The notes beneath the pieces were generated by a model that did no database searches, had not been told where the DNA came from, and saw only the letters and a program-made list of their open reading frames with translations. A stretch of DNA of 58,720 nt from assembly GCA_964466455.1 (NCBI GenBank), contig CAYXNL010000004.1, positions 1 to 58,720 of the forward strand. Reading direction: 5' to 3'. This document shows, one piece after another, positions 37,652 through 48,274 of this stretch. The position numbers and the translations under genes were made by a program. The DNA comes from an uncultured Thiotrichaceae bacterium (GTDB lineage: Bacteria; Pseudomonadota; Gammaproteobacteria; SZUA-229). Within the stretch, counting starts at the first letter, position 1. The number at the start of each line of letters is the position of its first letter.

Positions 37652-39034
37652 ATGTCATCCATATCTTCTGTTAATTTAGCTGCCCAGGAACGTCGTGCGG
37701 GTGTTTCGCTGGCAATAATTTATGCCTTCCGTATGCTGGGTTTATTTATGATCCTGCCTGTTTTTGCCTTATATACCGAGCACTTACCCGGTGCTACACC
37801 CTTTTTAATGGGGTTGGCTCTGGGCATTTACGGTCTCACTCAGGCAGTTCTGCAAATTCCGTTTGGTATGTGGTCAGATCGAATCGGGCGTAAACCGGTA
37901 ATATTAATCGGTCTGCTGATTTTTGCAGCTGGTTCGTTAATTGCTGGCTCGGCACACAGTATTGAAGTCATTATCATTGGCCGCGCTATCCAGGGTTGTG
38001 GCGCAGTGGCGGCGGCACTGATGGCATTGGCGGCTGATCTTTCACGTGAAGAACATCGTACAAAAATGATGGCATTGATCGGTACCAGTATCGGTATGTC
38101 ATTTGCATTATCAATGGTGATTGGCCCCATTATTAACGACTGGATTGGTATTAGTGGTATTTTCTATACAACCGCAGTGTTGGCTATCGTTGGTATTGGT
38201 TTATTATATCTGTTGGTTCCTGACCCGGTAAGCAGTCATTTTCACCGCGATGCCGAAGTTGAACCCCAGTCGCTGGTCAGTGTACTTAAAAATACTCAGC
38301 TACTACGGCTGGATCTGGGCATTTTTACGCTGCATTTCATTTTGATGTGTGTATTTCAGGTGTTGCCACTGGTATTACAAAATGATATTGGTATTCCTGC
38401 CAGCCGTCACTGGGAAATTTACCTGCCCGTTTTTATCGTATCCCTGATGATTATGGTGCCATTTATTATTATTGCCGAACGTAAACGGGCGTTGAAGGCC
38501 ATTTTTATCGGAGCGGTTATCAGTCTAATCGTTGCTATTGGTATCTTTGTTGTGACGACCCATTCACTCTGGTTGATTGTTGTGGCATTGATTATTTTCT
38601 TTGCTGGTTTTAATTTACTGGAAGCCACATTACCCTCGCTGATTGCAAAAATAACCCCGGCAACGCAAAAAGGTACTGCAATGGGTGTTTACTCAAGCAG
38701 TCAGTTTCTAGGCGCGTTTGCCGGAGGGGCAATAGGCGGTATGGCTCATCAGTTCTGGGGGATTACAGGGGTTTACTATACTGCGCTGGCTTTTTTACTG
38801 TTCTGGCTGTTGGTCGCCACTACGATGAAACAACCGAGGTATTTAAGTACCTACCTGCTACGCCTGAAAACCGATGGTGCACCGGTAAAAGTAGAACAAT
38901 TACTGGCTGTAGAAGGAGTGATTGAGGCGGCTATTATTCAAAACGATGATACCCCGGCACCAGTTGCTTACCTGAAAATTGAAAAACATAACCTGAATGA
39001 AGAAAAATTATTCGCACTTGGCGTTGCACAATAG
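37652..39034 (+). CDS. yajR: MFS transporter, YajR-like
   Basis: WSDRIGRKP motif A, about 12 TMs, soluble C-terminal domain; conserved uvrA-MFS-ssb arrangement. Confidence 0.85.
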   Translation: MSSISSVNLAAQERRAGVSLAIIYAFRMLGLFMILPVFALYTEHLPGATPFLMGLALGIYGLTQAVLQIPFGMWSDRIGRKPVILIGLLIFAAGSLIAGSAHSIEVIIIGRAIQGCGAVAAALMALAADLSREEHRTKMMALIGTSIGMSFALSMVIGPIINDWIGISGIFYTTAVLAIVGIGLLYLLVPDPVSSHFHRDAEVEPQSLVSVLKNTQLLRLDLGIFTLHFILMCVFQVLPLVLQNDIGIPASRHWEIYLPVFIVSLMIMVPFIIIAERKRALKAIFIGAVISLIVAIGIFVVTTHSLWLIVVALIIFFAGFNLLEATLPSLIAKITPATQKGTAMGVYSSSQFLGAFAGGAIGGMAHQFWGITGVYYTALAFLLFWLLVATTMKQPRYLSTYLLRLKTDGAPVKVEQLLAVEGVIEAAIIQNDDTPAPVAYLKIEKHNLNEEKLFALGVAQ

Positions 39035-39076
39035 TATTATCAGTATTTTGAATAATTAAGTCTGGATGGAGAAACA

Positions 39077-39553
39077 ATGGCTCAAACTGGCATAAATAAA
39101 GTAATCCTGATCGGTAATTTAGGCAAGGATCCGGAAGTGAAATACATGCCAAGCGGTGATGCTGTGGCAAATATCACCATGGCTACCTCGGATACATGGA
39201 ATGATAAAAATAGCGGTGAGAAAAAGGAAAAAACAGAATGGCATCGTGTTGTTTTCTTTGGCAAGCTAGCAGAAATTGTTGGTCAATACTGCAAGAAGGG
39301 CTCCAAGATATATGTCGAAGGACAGTTACAAACCCGTAAATGGCAGGGGCAGGATGGGCAGGATCGTTACACCACTGAGGTTGTTGTCAGAGGATTCAAT
39401 GGCACCATGCAAATGCTTGACAGTCGTGGCGATGGCGGTGGTTATGCACCAGCTCAGGCACCTCAGGCGCAGTCTGCTGCACCGGCAAAACCTCAGCAAA
39501 CGACCGCTCCTGCAATGGTGGATGACAATTTTGATGATGATATTCCGTTTTGA
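39077..39553 (+). CDS. ssb: Single-stranded DNA-binding protein
   Basis: [24 protein letters not shown]-terminal DDDIPF. Confidence 0.99.
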   Translation: MAQTGINKVILIGNLGKDPEVKYMPSGDAVANITMATSDTWNDKNSGEKKEKTEWHRVVFFGKLAEIVGQYCKKGSKIYVEGQLQTRKWQGQDGQDRYTTEVVVRGFNGTMQMLDSRGDGGGYAPAQAPQAQSAAPAKPQQTTAPAMVDDNFDDDIPF

Positions 39554-39581
39554 AAGGTTCCCGGAAATCTTTTTCACTACC

Positions 39582-39601
39582 ATCTGCCAGGGCAGATTTT
39601 C
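39582..39601 (+). terminator. Possible ssb terminator
   Basis: ATCTGC-CAGG-GCAGAT followed by a short T-run. Confidence 0.45.
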
Positions 39602-39705
39602 AGTCTTCAGGGATTTGATTCCTCGCGGCTTGTGGTGGGTTGCTTGTTATTGCAACCGAGCTTGCAAAGTTGCAGGGTTATCATTATATTTACCTGTCAT
39701 TACTC

Positions 39706-39735
39706 AGGCCAACGTACAAAAGGCCAACGTACAAA
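39706..39735. repeat. Perfect 15-bp tandem duplication
   Basis: AGGCCAACGTACAAA x2. Confidence 0.95.
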
Positions 39736-39761
39736 GCCGAACTTTTCAATAGGAGGAGATA

Positions 39762-39962
39762 ATGGATACAGAAAAAATAATGGAGGGTATTTCTGCAGAA
39801 ATGCTGGTTGCATTAAGTGCAATGGAAAAAGCAGAAACGCAGGAAGAAAAACGGATATACAGTGAAATAATAAAAAATTTGAGTAGTTCACTAGGTGAGC
39901 TTTATCATTTGATCAGCGATATGGCGGGGCTGTATGATGAAGATGAATCCATTCCCTTTTAA
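39762..39962 (+). CDS. Small acidic helical protein with SSB-like C-terminus (DEDESIPF)
   Basis: Strong RBS AGGAGGAG just before the ATG; 66 aa; amphipathic helical pattern. Confidence 0.8.
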   Translation: MDTEKIMEGISAEMLVALSAMEKAETQEEKRIYSEIIKNLSSSLGELYHLISDMAGLYDEDESIPF

Positions 39963-39996
39963 GCACCGATAAAAGCGGGCAATAAAATAGCAGAAT

Positions 39997-42255
39997 ATGA
40001 CGCAACAGAATGAACTTGAATTCGAAGGCATAGAACATCTACCAATCTCTGAATTTACTGAAAAAGCCTATCTCGATTACTCTATGTATGTCATTCTGGA
40101 TCGGGCTCTGCCATTCATTGGTGATGGTCTAAAACCAGTTCAGCGTCGTATTGTTTATGCTATGTCCGAGCTTGGGCTGAAAGCCTCGTCCAAACATAAA
40201 AAATCAGCACGTACTGTTGGTGATGTACTGGGTAAGTACCATCCGCATGGTGATAGTGCCTGTTATGAAGCCATGGTGCTGATGGCGCAGCCATTTTCCT
40301 ACCGCTACCCACTGGTTGACGGACAGGGGAACTGGGGTTCAACAGACGACCCAAAATCATTTGCGGCAATGCGTTATACCGAGTCACGGTTAACCGCTTA
40401 TGCAGAAGTATTACTAGGTGAGCTGGGTCAGGGGACGGTTGAATGGACACCTAACTTTGATGGTACGCTGGATGAACCCGAATCACTTCCCGCACGTTTA
40501 CCTAATGTTCTATTAAATGGCGGGACAGGTATAGCAGTTGGCATGGCGACCGATATTCTGCCACATAACCTGCGCGAAGTGGCCAGCGCCTGTGTGCGTT
40601 TACTGGAAGCACCGAAAAGCACACTGGAAGAATTGTGTGAGCATATTCAGGGACCAGATTTTCCTACCGAGGCGGAGATTATTACCCCGCGTGAAGAGAT
40701 TATCGAAACCTATCGCAGTGGACGCGGCAGTATCCGTCAGCGCGGCTGTTATCATACAGAAGACGGGTTTATTATTATTACAGCGCTACCCTACCAGGTT
40801 TCTGGTAATAAAATACTGGAACAGATAGCGCAACAGATGACGGCAAAAAAGCTACCAATGGTAGAAGATTTACGGGATGAATCTGACCATGAAAATCCAA
40901 CCCGGCTAGTCATTGTGCCACGCTCAAACCGGGTTAATAGCGATGAGTTGATGCAGCATCTGTTTGCGACCACTGATCTTGAACGCAGTTACCGTGTAAA
41001 TATGAATATGATCGGTATCGACGGGCGCCCTCAGGTAAAAGATTTACGCCTGCTGCTGGGGGAATGGCTTAATTATCGTACCGTTACCGTTCGTCGTCGT
41101 CTGCAATGGCGCCTGGAGAAAGTTAATAAACGTTTGCATGTGCTGGATGCGTTGTTAATTGCGTATCTGAATATTGATGAAGTGATTGCGATTATTCGCG
41201 AAAACGATAAACCCAAACCGGTATTAATAGTACATTTCTCGATTAGTGATCTACAGGCGGAAGCCATTCTGGAATTAAAACTGCGTAATCTGGCGAAACT
41301 GGAGGAAATGAAAATACGTAAGGAACAGAATGCGCTGGCACTGGAACGAACCTGGCTTGAAAAAATTCTGGCTTCAGCGCAGCGTTTAAAGACACTGATT
41401 CGCAAAGAGATTATTGCTGATGCCGATGCCTATGGCGACGACAGACGATCCCCCATTGTTGAACGCACCGTCGCTCATGCGCTGGCTGAATCATCACTCA
41501 TTTCCTCTGAAGCGATTACGATTATATTATCGAACAAAGGTTGGGTGCGGGCGGCAAAGGGACATGAAGTTGATCCATCAAAATTAAATTATAAAGCGGG
41601 GGACAGTTACTCTGCTTCTGTACAGGGCAAGACGAATCAACGCGTTGTTTTTTTTGATTCGAGTGGGCGTGCTTATACCCTGCCGGCACATAAGTTGCCA
41701 TCTGCGCGTGGACAGGGCGACCCCCTGACCGGTTATTTTACCTCTCCTGCCGGCGCATATTTTATCGCTGTTATGACTGGTCATGAAGATGACCTGTATC
41801 TACTGTCCAGTGATTCTGGTTATGGTTTTGTCGGTCGGCTGGGTGATATGCAGGCAAATGCCAGAAAAGGTAAAGTGGTATTAAATGTGGGCAGGGGAGC
41901 AAAAGCATTATCCCCTGTCAAAGTTTGTGATATGAAAACCGACCGGATTGTTGCGGTCGGTAGTACCGGATATATGCTGGTAACCCCGCTTGCACAGTTA
42001 CCACAAATGGCAAAGGGTAAAGGGAATAAAATTATTAATATACCTTCCAGGCTACTGAAAAGTGGTGAGGAGCGGGTGGTAGCGATAACACTGGTAGCGG
42101 AAAAAGCCAGTCTGGTCGTGCATTGTGGTAAGAAATATAAAACGATGAAATCATCTGAACTGGGTAATTACGCCGGTGAACGCGGACGACGGGGGGTGAA
42201 GCTGTCCCAGGGCTATCGTCAGGTAGATCGAATGCTTGTACTCAAAAAAAACTGA
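39997..42255 (+). CDS. parC: DNA topoisomerase IV subunit A
   Basis: [19 protein letters not shown], catalytic AAMRYTE. Confidence 0.98.
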   Translation: MTQQNELEFEGIEHLPISEFTEKAYLDYSMYVILDRALPFIGDGLKPVQRRIVYAMSELGLKASSKHKKSARTVGDVLGKYHPHGDSACYEAMVLMAQPFSYRYPLVDGQGNWGSTDDPKSFAAMRYTESRLTAYAEVLLGELGQGTVEWTPNFDGTLDEPESLPARLPNVLLNGGTGIAVGMATDILPHNLREVASACVRLLEAPKSTLEELCEHIQGPDFPTEAEIITPREEIIETYRSGRGSIRQRGCYHTEDGFIIITALPYQVSGNKILEQIAQQMTAKKLPMVEDLRDESDHENPTRLVIVPRSNRVNSDELMQHLFATTDLERSYRVNMNMIGIDGRPQVKDLRLLLGEWLNYRTVTVRRRLQWRLEKVNKRLHVLDALLIAYLNIDEVIAIIRENDKPKPVLIVHFSISDLQAEAILELKLRNLAKLEEMKIRKEQNALALERTWLEKILASAQRLKTLIRKEIIADADAYGDDRRSPIVERTVAHALAESSLISSEAITIILSNKGWVRAAKGHEVDPSKLNYKAGDSYSASVQGKTNQRVVFFDSSGRAYTLPAHKLPSARGQGDPLTGYFTSPAGAYFIAVMTGHEDDLYLLSSDSGYGFVGRLGDMQANARKGKVVLNVGRGAKALSPVKVCDMKTDRIVAVGSTGYMLVTPLAQLPQMAKGKGNKIINIPSRLLKSGEERVVAITLVAEKASLVVHCGKKYKTMKSSELGNYAGERGRRGVKLSQGYRQVDRMLVLKKN

Positions 42256-42281
42256 GCTAGTTTGTTTATAATTCTGTTATA

Positions 42282-44441
42282 TCAGCCGGACATTTCAGTG
42301 AAATCATAATCCATCTCCGGTGCTGGTTCCTGCAGGAAATTACCCTGTATAAAGTTAATCCCCATGCCCCATAAAATAGACAGGCTGGCGGCATTAGGTA
42401 CATGCTGCGCGATGGTGAGTTTACCTAACTCAGCAGATCTGTCGGCAATCATCTTAATATGTTCCTGATTCTGTATGTTTTCCGCCAGATCTTCCATATG
42501 CCCCGGGTCTATGCGTAAATAGTCTGCATCAATATGCTGTAATAACTGGAATGGGTTAGAGCCGGAGCCGAAGTCGTCGAGGATAAAACCGCATTTTAGC
42601 TTCTTTAACTGCTGTGACAGTTCTCTGGCATGTTTCAAATTGGTTACGGCTACACTTTCTTTTACTGCAAAAGTCAGTGAGTTTGCTGGTAACTGTTTTT
42701 CTTTTATCTGGTAACTCAGCCAGTCAATCAAGGTATTATCTTTGATTGATGCAGCAGATAGTTTGAGAAAAAGCAATGTTTCCTTTCCCTGTTTACAACG
42801 GTTGGTAAAATGTGTGATGGCCTGATAAAACACCCAGCGGTCGATGGCTGTTGCCATACCAATTCGTTCTGCTGCAGGAAAAAAATCCTGTGGCATAATG
42901 AGTTTGGGAACACCTTTTTTCTGGTTTGTATTTCTGAGTCGTACGAATACTTCATAGCGTTCTTTTGTATCACCGTGTAGACTGACAATCGGCTGAAAAT
43001 GCAGGATGAAATTATCGTTCTTCAATGCACCGGTTAGTTGTTGCTTGAGGCAACTATCAACCTCCTGGCGTGTCAGTTCTCCTTTTTCCGGTTCATGAAT
43101 ACAGAACTGATTAACCCCTTTTTCGGTGGCTTCCTGCAATGCTTTTTCAACACTTGCCAGAGCCGTGTTATATTCCAGTGCGTCGGTGTCAATTAACAAG
43201 GCACCGATACTGCAGGTAGTGTTAATACTATTATTATTTATTTTATAGGTAAGCGTTAGCATAATCTCCTGTAGTTGAGCAATCAGTTTTTCAGTATCTG
43301 TCTTACTATGATTCTCGGCAATACAGGCAAAAGTGGAATGGGTGTATCGGGCAAGCGTGATCTGTTCATCCACAACCGAATTAAGTGCTTTGGCCGCTGC
43401 GGTAATATATTTATCGGCATCCGATATGCCAACGGTTTTTTTTATGGCATCAAAATTATCAAGCTGTATCTCCATAACGACTGCAGGCTGCTCATCCTGT
43501 GCGTGATGATTAATAACATCCTTGAGAGTTTCAATAAAATACTGGCGATTGAAAATACCCGTCAACTGGTCTTTCTGACTTAGCAGCTTTAACTGTTTTT
43601 CCAGTTCTTCTGAGTCGATGGTTTCTTTACGGATAATAATCTGTATACAGGATTCGTTATCAATCCGTGCTGGTGACAATTCCATTTTACCTTCAAATTC
43701 TTCTCCATCAGGTTGACGTAACCGGGTTTGCAGGGTTTTTGAGCCGTCTTCGGTTTTTGCATAGTTACGTAAAAATTTCTTGAATGGCTCACGCTGATCT
43801 TTTGCAATCATATCAAGTACAGGGAGTCCTTCAAGCTCGTCAGACTCATTAATACTAAAAAGTTCAAGGTAGGACTGATTGGAATAGATATGCATACCTT
43901 CATGGATGTAGGCAATCGCATCTCTGGAGCTATCGAGTAGTGAGTTACAGCGACGTTCTGTTTCGCGCAACGATTTCCCCATGGTTTCTGTTTTTCTGGT
44001 CTGGATTAGTGCCTGCTGTTCGCGGTCAATGACCAGTAATAAATGCTCGATATTATCAAAAGAAACTAGATCAACTGCACCGTTGTGCATAGCGTCGAGA
44101 ACAGAGGAATTCATCCCTTTTCGATCAACGGCTATGACACGGCTTAGCGAACAGGTCGGCTGTTTTTTTAGACACTCACAGACCTGTTTCAGATTAATCA
44201 GTTCCATGCCGTTAAAGTAGATCACCAGATCGGGAGGGTGCGATTCAGTGGCCTGAATTAGATCCTCTTCATCCTCCACACGAGAAGATCTCGCCGTATA
44301 ACCTGTTCCCCGCAGGGAACTGACGATACGCTCTTCCGTATCAAATGAATCATCAATAATAATTAAGTTAACTGATTTTTCTTTCACAATATTCCCGATA
44401 TAGGTTGAACATTCATGCGCCTGGTCAGTATTTAGATACAT
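42282..44441 (-). CDS. fimX: FimX-like pseudo-REC-PAS-degenerate GGDEF-EAL c-di-GMP receptor
   Basis: REC lacks the acceptor Asp (PDLVIYF); GGDEF replaced by YTHST; EAL motif EVF, DDFGSG present, AQHV in place of AEGV; GAGG RBS upstream of the ATG. Confidence 0.8.
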   Translation of the reverse strand: MYLNTDQAHECSTYIGNIVKEKSVNLIIIDDSFDTEERIVSSLRGTGYTARSSRVEDEEDLIQATESHPPDLVIYFNGMELINLKQVCECLKKQPTCSLSRVIAVDRKGMNSSVLDAMHNGAVDLVSFDNIEHLLLVIDREQQALIQTRKTETMGKSLRETERRCNSLLDSSRDAIAYIHEGMHIYSNQSYLELFSINESDELEGLPVLDMIAKDQREPFKKFLRNYAKTEDGSKTLQTRLRQPDGEEFEGKMELSPARIDNESCIQIIIRKETIDSEELEKQLKLLSQKDQLTGIFNRQYFIETLKDVINHHAQDEQPAVVMEIQLDNFDAIKKTVGISDADKYITAAAKALNSVVDEQITLARYTHSTFACIAENHSKTDTEKLIAQLQEIMLTLTYKINNNSINTTCSIGALLIDTDALEYNTALASVEKALQEATEKGVNQFCIHEPEKGELTRQEVDSCLKQQLTGALKNDNFILHFQPIVSLHGDTKERYEVFVRLRNTNQKKGVPKLIMPQDFFPAAERIGMATAIDRWVFYQAITHFTNRCKQGKETLLFLKLSAASIKDNTLIDWLSYQIKEKQLPANSLTFAVKESVAVTNLKHARELSQQLKKLKCGFILDDFGSGSNPFQLLQHIDADYLRIDPGHMEDLAENIQNQEHIKMIADRSAELGKLTIAQHVPNAASLSILWGMGINFIQGNFLQEPAPEMDYDFTEMSG

Positions 44442-44488
44442 AGGTACCTCTATTAATATCTCATCAATGTAATTTTGATGACAGACTC

Positions 44489-46354
44489 CTAGAGTGATGA
44501 CCAGATTTCATCAAAATCATCTTTTGTTTGCGATGACTGTTGTTTTTTTGCCTGCTTTTTAATCCGCGTTACCTCATCCGTGTTGGTGTAATGAAACTGG
44601 GTGAATGAGCCGGTATTTTCCTCCGCCATCCCTAATGTGATGGCTAGTTTTTTATCAACTGCTGCCACAGTGAGTTTATCATTTGTTTTAAATGCGTGAG
44701 CAGGTAATATAATCGTTGCCTGTTGTTTAAGTGCTTTTATCCCCGGCAGGATTAAACATTCAAATGGATTTTCATTTGGGCGGTTGGCTCTTTGCGCTGA
44801 TGCGGTAATTAGTCTGGTTGAGATAACCTGTATACCAATTTCGAGGCCATTTTTATGAGTAAACTGTATCCACCGTATAATACCGGTTCGCCACTCATAT
44901 TTGTTATCACCGACATATTCGTGAAGCGCAATAATTTCACCAATTTGAGCACGAGATGTGTCATCAGAATTCCAGCGCAGGCAGTATCCCCCGGCGCTGA
45001 TGTTAACAATCTCCCAGTGTGATTCCAGATTGTTTTTATATTTATCCAGTGATTTTTTATGATTTTTCTTCTGTTCCTGCTCGTAGGCATCAGTGAGTAC
45101 TGTGCCACGGGCAACCATATCCCAGGAATTATTTGCTGTATTTTCTACCTCCGTACGTGCCATGTGGCCACTCAGAGTAGACGCGGTTGAATCATCATGA
45201 ATTGTTTCCAGGGTAAAATCGAGATCATTCTTGACCGTTTGTTCAGTACGGATAATACCCGATCTGGTATCGACTCCTTTCGCTTTTTTATTGAGGGCGT
45301 TTAATATTTTAACGATCGTGCTTAAGCCAATGGCTATATCAATGTTTCCCTCACTCTTCGAGCGAGTGAAACGACGTTTTGGATTTGTTCCCCAGTTAGT
45401 TAGCAGTACCTGTAATGACGCGATGGATATTTCGTTACCAATAGTCGGTTTTTCCTGGTTACTGGTGGACAGGTCAATTAGCTTTTGAGTGTGCGCGACA
45501 AGTTGTGTGGTATTAAGGTAGCGTTTAATATCTTCTTTTTGCAGGTCGTCTTTGTTCAGGTAATCCGGTGGTGCGTCTTTTTCACTGTGAATACAGAAAA
45601 TTTTATCAATCTGGCTTGTCTCTACGTCATTTTGATCTGGCTCACATTCAATTACGCCATATTTTTCCCAGTCTGCAAGTTTGTCGAAGACGCGTTCGCA
45701 ATCGCTTTGACTTAAGGCAATGGGACGCGCCAGCGCAAACAGTAAAATTTGTTTGTAACAGCTTCCAATGGTAACCGTTTTTTGCTCCATTTCGTTATCA
45801 CTAACGGCTATATTCAGTAGTCCTCCGGTTTCAGCAAAGAGATATATCTGGTGCAAATCGCGCCATAGACCACCCGGTGGTGGTGCGTATATCTCACTGG
45901 ATCGTAATACAAGTTCAGCTAAGTAATGAATGGCTCGGCAACATGCCGTAGCCTGAATTTTTGCCCGGGCTCTTGCGGTGATTGTTATATTGGTACGGTT
46001 TGTTGTATCAGACAGAATAATTTTATAACCGTAGGCTATTTCCTGTAGTAATGACTGGTTCAGATTGATTATTTTTTTACTTTTTTCGGGCAACGGCAGA
46101 GTGCGGTTGATGAAGTATTTTTTCAGGTTGTTAAAAATTTCTCTTACCGGTTCGCGTAGCATTTCCATATTTTCAAGACGTGCTTTTACCGGAATTGTCT
46201 GCCGGTTAATATCTCGCAGTATCTGATAAATCTGTCTGGTTAGTTCTCCCATATTAGCGTTGGGTAGTCTGGCCAGCAACTTTTTCAGCTTACGTGGCTG
46301 ACTGGGTACTGCGCTGTCTACAGGAGTGTTTTGTTCAGGTATTAGTAATTTCAT
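44489..46354 (-). CDS. fimW: FimW-like PilZ-type c-di-GMP receptor
   Basis: RxxxR (RRFTR, aa 327-331) and NxSxxG (NISAGG, aa 451); directly upstream of the fimX-like gene, as I recall for P. aeruginosa fimW-fimX. Confidence 0.62.
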   Translation of the reverse strand: MKLLIPEQNTPVDSAVPSQPRKLKKLLARLPNANMGELTRQIYQILRDINRQTIPVKARLENMEMLREPVREIFNNLKKYFINRTLPLPEKSKKIINLNQSLLQEIAYGYKIILSDTTNRTNITITARARAKIQATACCRAIHYLAELVLRSSEIYAPPPGGLWRDLHQIYLFAETGGLLNIAVSDNEMEQKTVTIGSCYKQILLFALARPIALSQSDCERVFDKLADWEKYGVIECEPDQNDVETSQIDKIFCIHSEKDAPPDYLNKDDLQKEDIKRYLNTTQLVAHTQKLIDLSTSNQEKPTIGNEISIASLQVLLTNWGTNPKRRFTRSKSEGNIDIAIGLSTIVKILNALNKKAKGVDTRSGIIRTEQTVKNDLDFTLETIHDDSTASTLSGHMARTEVENTANNSWDMVARGTVLTDAYEQEQKKNHKKSLDKYKNNLESHWEIVNISAGGYCLRWNSDDTSRAQIGEIIALHEYVGDNKYEWRTGIIRWIQFTHKNGLEIGIQVISTRLITASAQRANRPNENPFECLILPGIKALKQQATIILPAHAFKTNDKLTVAAVDKKLAITLGMAEENTGSFTQFHYTNTDEVTRIKKQAKKQQSSQTKDDFDEIWSSL

Positions 46355-46477
46355 CGGATTATTTCTATGTGACCTGCCTGTTCCTGGCTATTGTTCTGAT
46401 TGATGGTGAAGATTAATAAAATCAACAAGATGGCTGGTGTTTATTATTATTCCCATTATCGTATTTTTAAGTGTAGT

Positions 46478-47494
46478 CTAGATACCAGAAATTGCTATTT
46501 TGGATGATTTTCCGCTGACTTCCCGTACCAGTCTGGGAACCAGATATCCGGGCAGATGTGCCTGCATCTGCTGAATAAGCTGGATTGCTGTTTTTTCATT
46601 ACAGTTAAAATGTGCAGCCCCCTGTACCGGATCAAGCAGATGAAGATAATAAGGCAGGGTATACGCCGTATGCAGGCGCTTACTTAATGAAATAAGTGCC
46701 TCACTATTATCATTAACACCGTTTAACAGGACACTTTGATTTAACAGGGTAATCCCTGACTGATACAGTTGTTTTAGTACCTGTCTTTCATCGCCAGCTA
46801 TTTCATTGGCATGGTTTGCATGAATAACCATGATGATACGAAAGCGACTGCTTTTCAGTAGATAAAGTAGTTGGCTGGTTATTCGTTCTGGTAAAACCAC
46901 CGGGAGGCGAGTGTGAATGCGTAAGGTTTGCAGAGAGGCTACAGTTTCCAGACGTTTGAGTAAATGAGCAAGCCGGTTGTCATCCAGCATTAGCGGGTCG
47001 CCGCCACTGAGAATAATTTCTTCGATTTCACCGTGCTGGCGCAGGTAGTCAAGCAGAGACTGGAGTCTGGATGTTTTGCAGGATGCCTCTGTATAAGGGT
47101 AGTGGCGACGGAAACAGTAACGGCAATGTATTGCACAGGCTCCAGTTGTTACCAGCAGGGCGCGACCATGGTATTTGTGCAGCAGTCCATCAATGGTGAT
47201 AGCATCAAGATCACCAACCGGATCGGTCAGCCCGTCTGTTTTTTCTTCTTCAAGAAGAGGCAGAATTTGCCTCAACAGGGGGTCGTCGGGGTCGCCAGGC
47301 TGAATTTTTCTTAAATAGGACGGCGTTACCAGACATTTGAAATCAGGTTGCTGCAAAATTTTATGGTGCAACTGCTCACTTAAACCCAGTATTTGAATGA
47401 GTTGGGCGGGTGAGGTAATGGCCCGGCTGAGGGTTTGTTTCCAGGTGGATACGGTCTCGGATTCGGTGAATATGTTTAGTGCGGGCTTCATCAT
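46478..47494 (-). CDS. epmB: EF-P beta-lysylation protein EpmB (lysine 2,3-aminomutase family radical SAM)
   Basis: CAIHCRYCFRR (CxxxCxxC), LSGGDPL, IHTRLPVV; divergent from efp. Confidence 0.95.
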   Translation of the reverse strand: MMKPALNIFTESETVSTWKQTLSRAITSPAQLIQILGLSEQLHHKILQQPDFKCLVTPSYLRKIQPGDPDDPLLRQILPLLEEEKTDGLTDPVGDLDAITIDGLLHKYHGRALLVTTGACAIHCRYCFRRHYPYTEASCKTSRLQSLLDYLRQHGEIEEIILSGGDPLMLDDNRLAHLLKRLETVASLQTLRIHTRLPVVLPERITSQLLYLLKSSRFRIIMVIHANHANEIAGDERQVLKQLYQSGITLLNQSVLLNGVNDNSEALISLSKRLHTAYTLPYYLHLLDPVQGAAHFNCNEKTAIQLIQQMQAHLPGYLVPRLVREVSGKSSKIAISGI

Positions 47495-47670
47495 TCCATT
47501 TATGGTTTATTTTTTATCGTTATAAAATTCCAGAGTGAAGTCAATCCGAAATCGCGGTAATATTACGCCAATTTACTTCAGGGCACCTCTATTAATTGAT
47601 TGCGGTGCCCTTCACTCAGCATCAACTGCTGTATTATTTTTTATACCCGTTGGGGAAAGGCATAGCAAAC

Positions 47671-48234
47671 ATGGCATCTTATAGTCCAAATCAGTTTAAA
47701 AATGGTTTAAAAATACTTATCGACAATGACCCCTGCTCAATTACCGAAAATATTGTAGTTAAACCGGGTAAAGGGCAGGCATTTAACCGGATTAAGGCCA
47801 AAAATCTGAAAACGGGCAGAGTGATAGAAAAAACCTATAAAAGTACCGAGTCTGTAGGGGCTGCGGATGTCGATGAAATGGATGTTGAATATTTATACAG
47901 TGACGGTGAATACTGGCACTTCATGGATCCGGTATCGTATGAGCAGTATGCGGCCGATAAGGTTGCCGTGGGTGATGGTGTTAAATGGCTTAAAGGGCAG
48001 GAAAGTTGTGTGATGACATTATGGAATGGTTCCCCGTTGGTGATTGCCACGCCTAACTTTGTTGAATTAACGGTGTCGCAAACTGATCCTGGCCTGAAAG
48101 GTGATACCGCACAGGGCGGTACTAAACCTGCCACGCTGGAAACCGGTGCAGAAGTTAAGGTGCCCCTGTTTATTGAGGAAGGTGATGTGCTTAAGATAGA
48201 TACCCGTACGGGCGACTATGTTTCACGTGCATAA
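47671..48234 (+). CDS. efp: Elongation factor P
   Basis: Start MASYS at 47671; KPGKG (modified Lys), [13 protein letters not shown]. Confidence 0.98.
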   Translation: MASYSPNQFKNGLKILIDNDPCSITENIVVKPGKGQAFNRIKAKNLKTGRVIEKTYKSTESVGAADVDEMDVEYLYSDGEYWHFMDPVSYEQYAADKVAVGDGVKWLKGQESCVMTLWNGSPLVIATPNFVELTVSQTDPGLKGDTAQGGTKPATLETGAEVKVPLFIEEGDVLKIDTRTGDYVSRA

Positions 48235-48274
48235 TGGATTACAGCAGGTCTGGCAGTATTGTTGCAGGTAGTAG

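Noticed and set aside
47596-47670. TTG-start extension of EF-P
   Set aside because: EF-P homology begins at ATG 47671 (MASYS).
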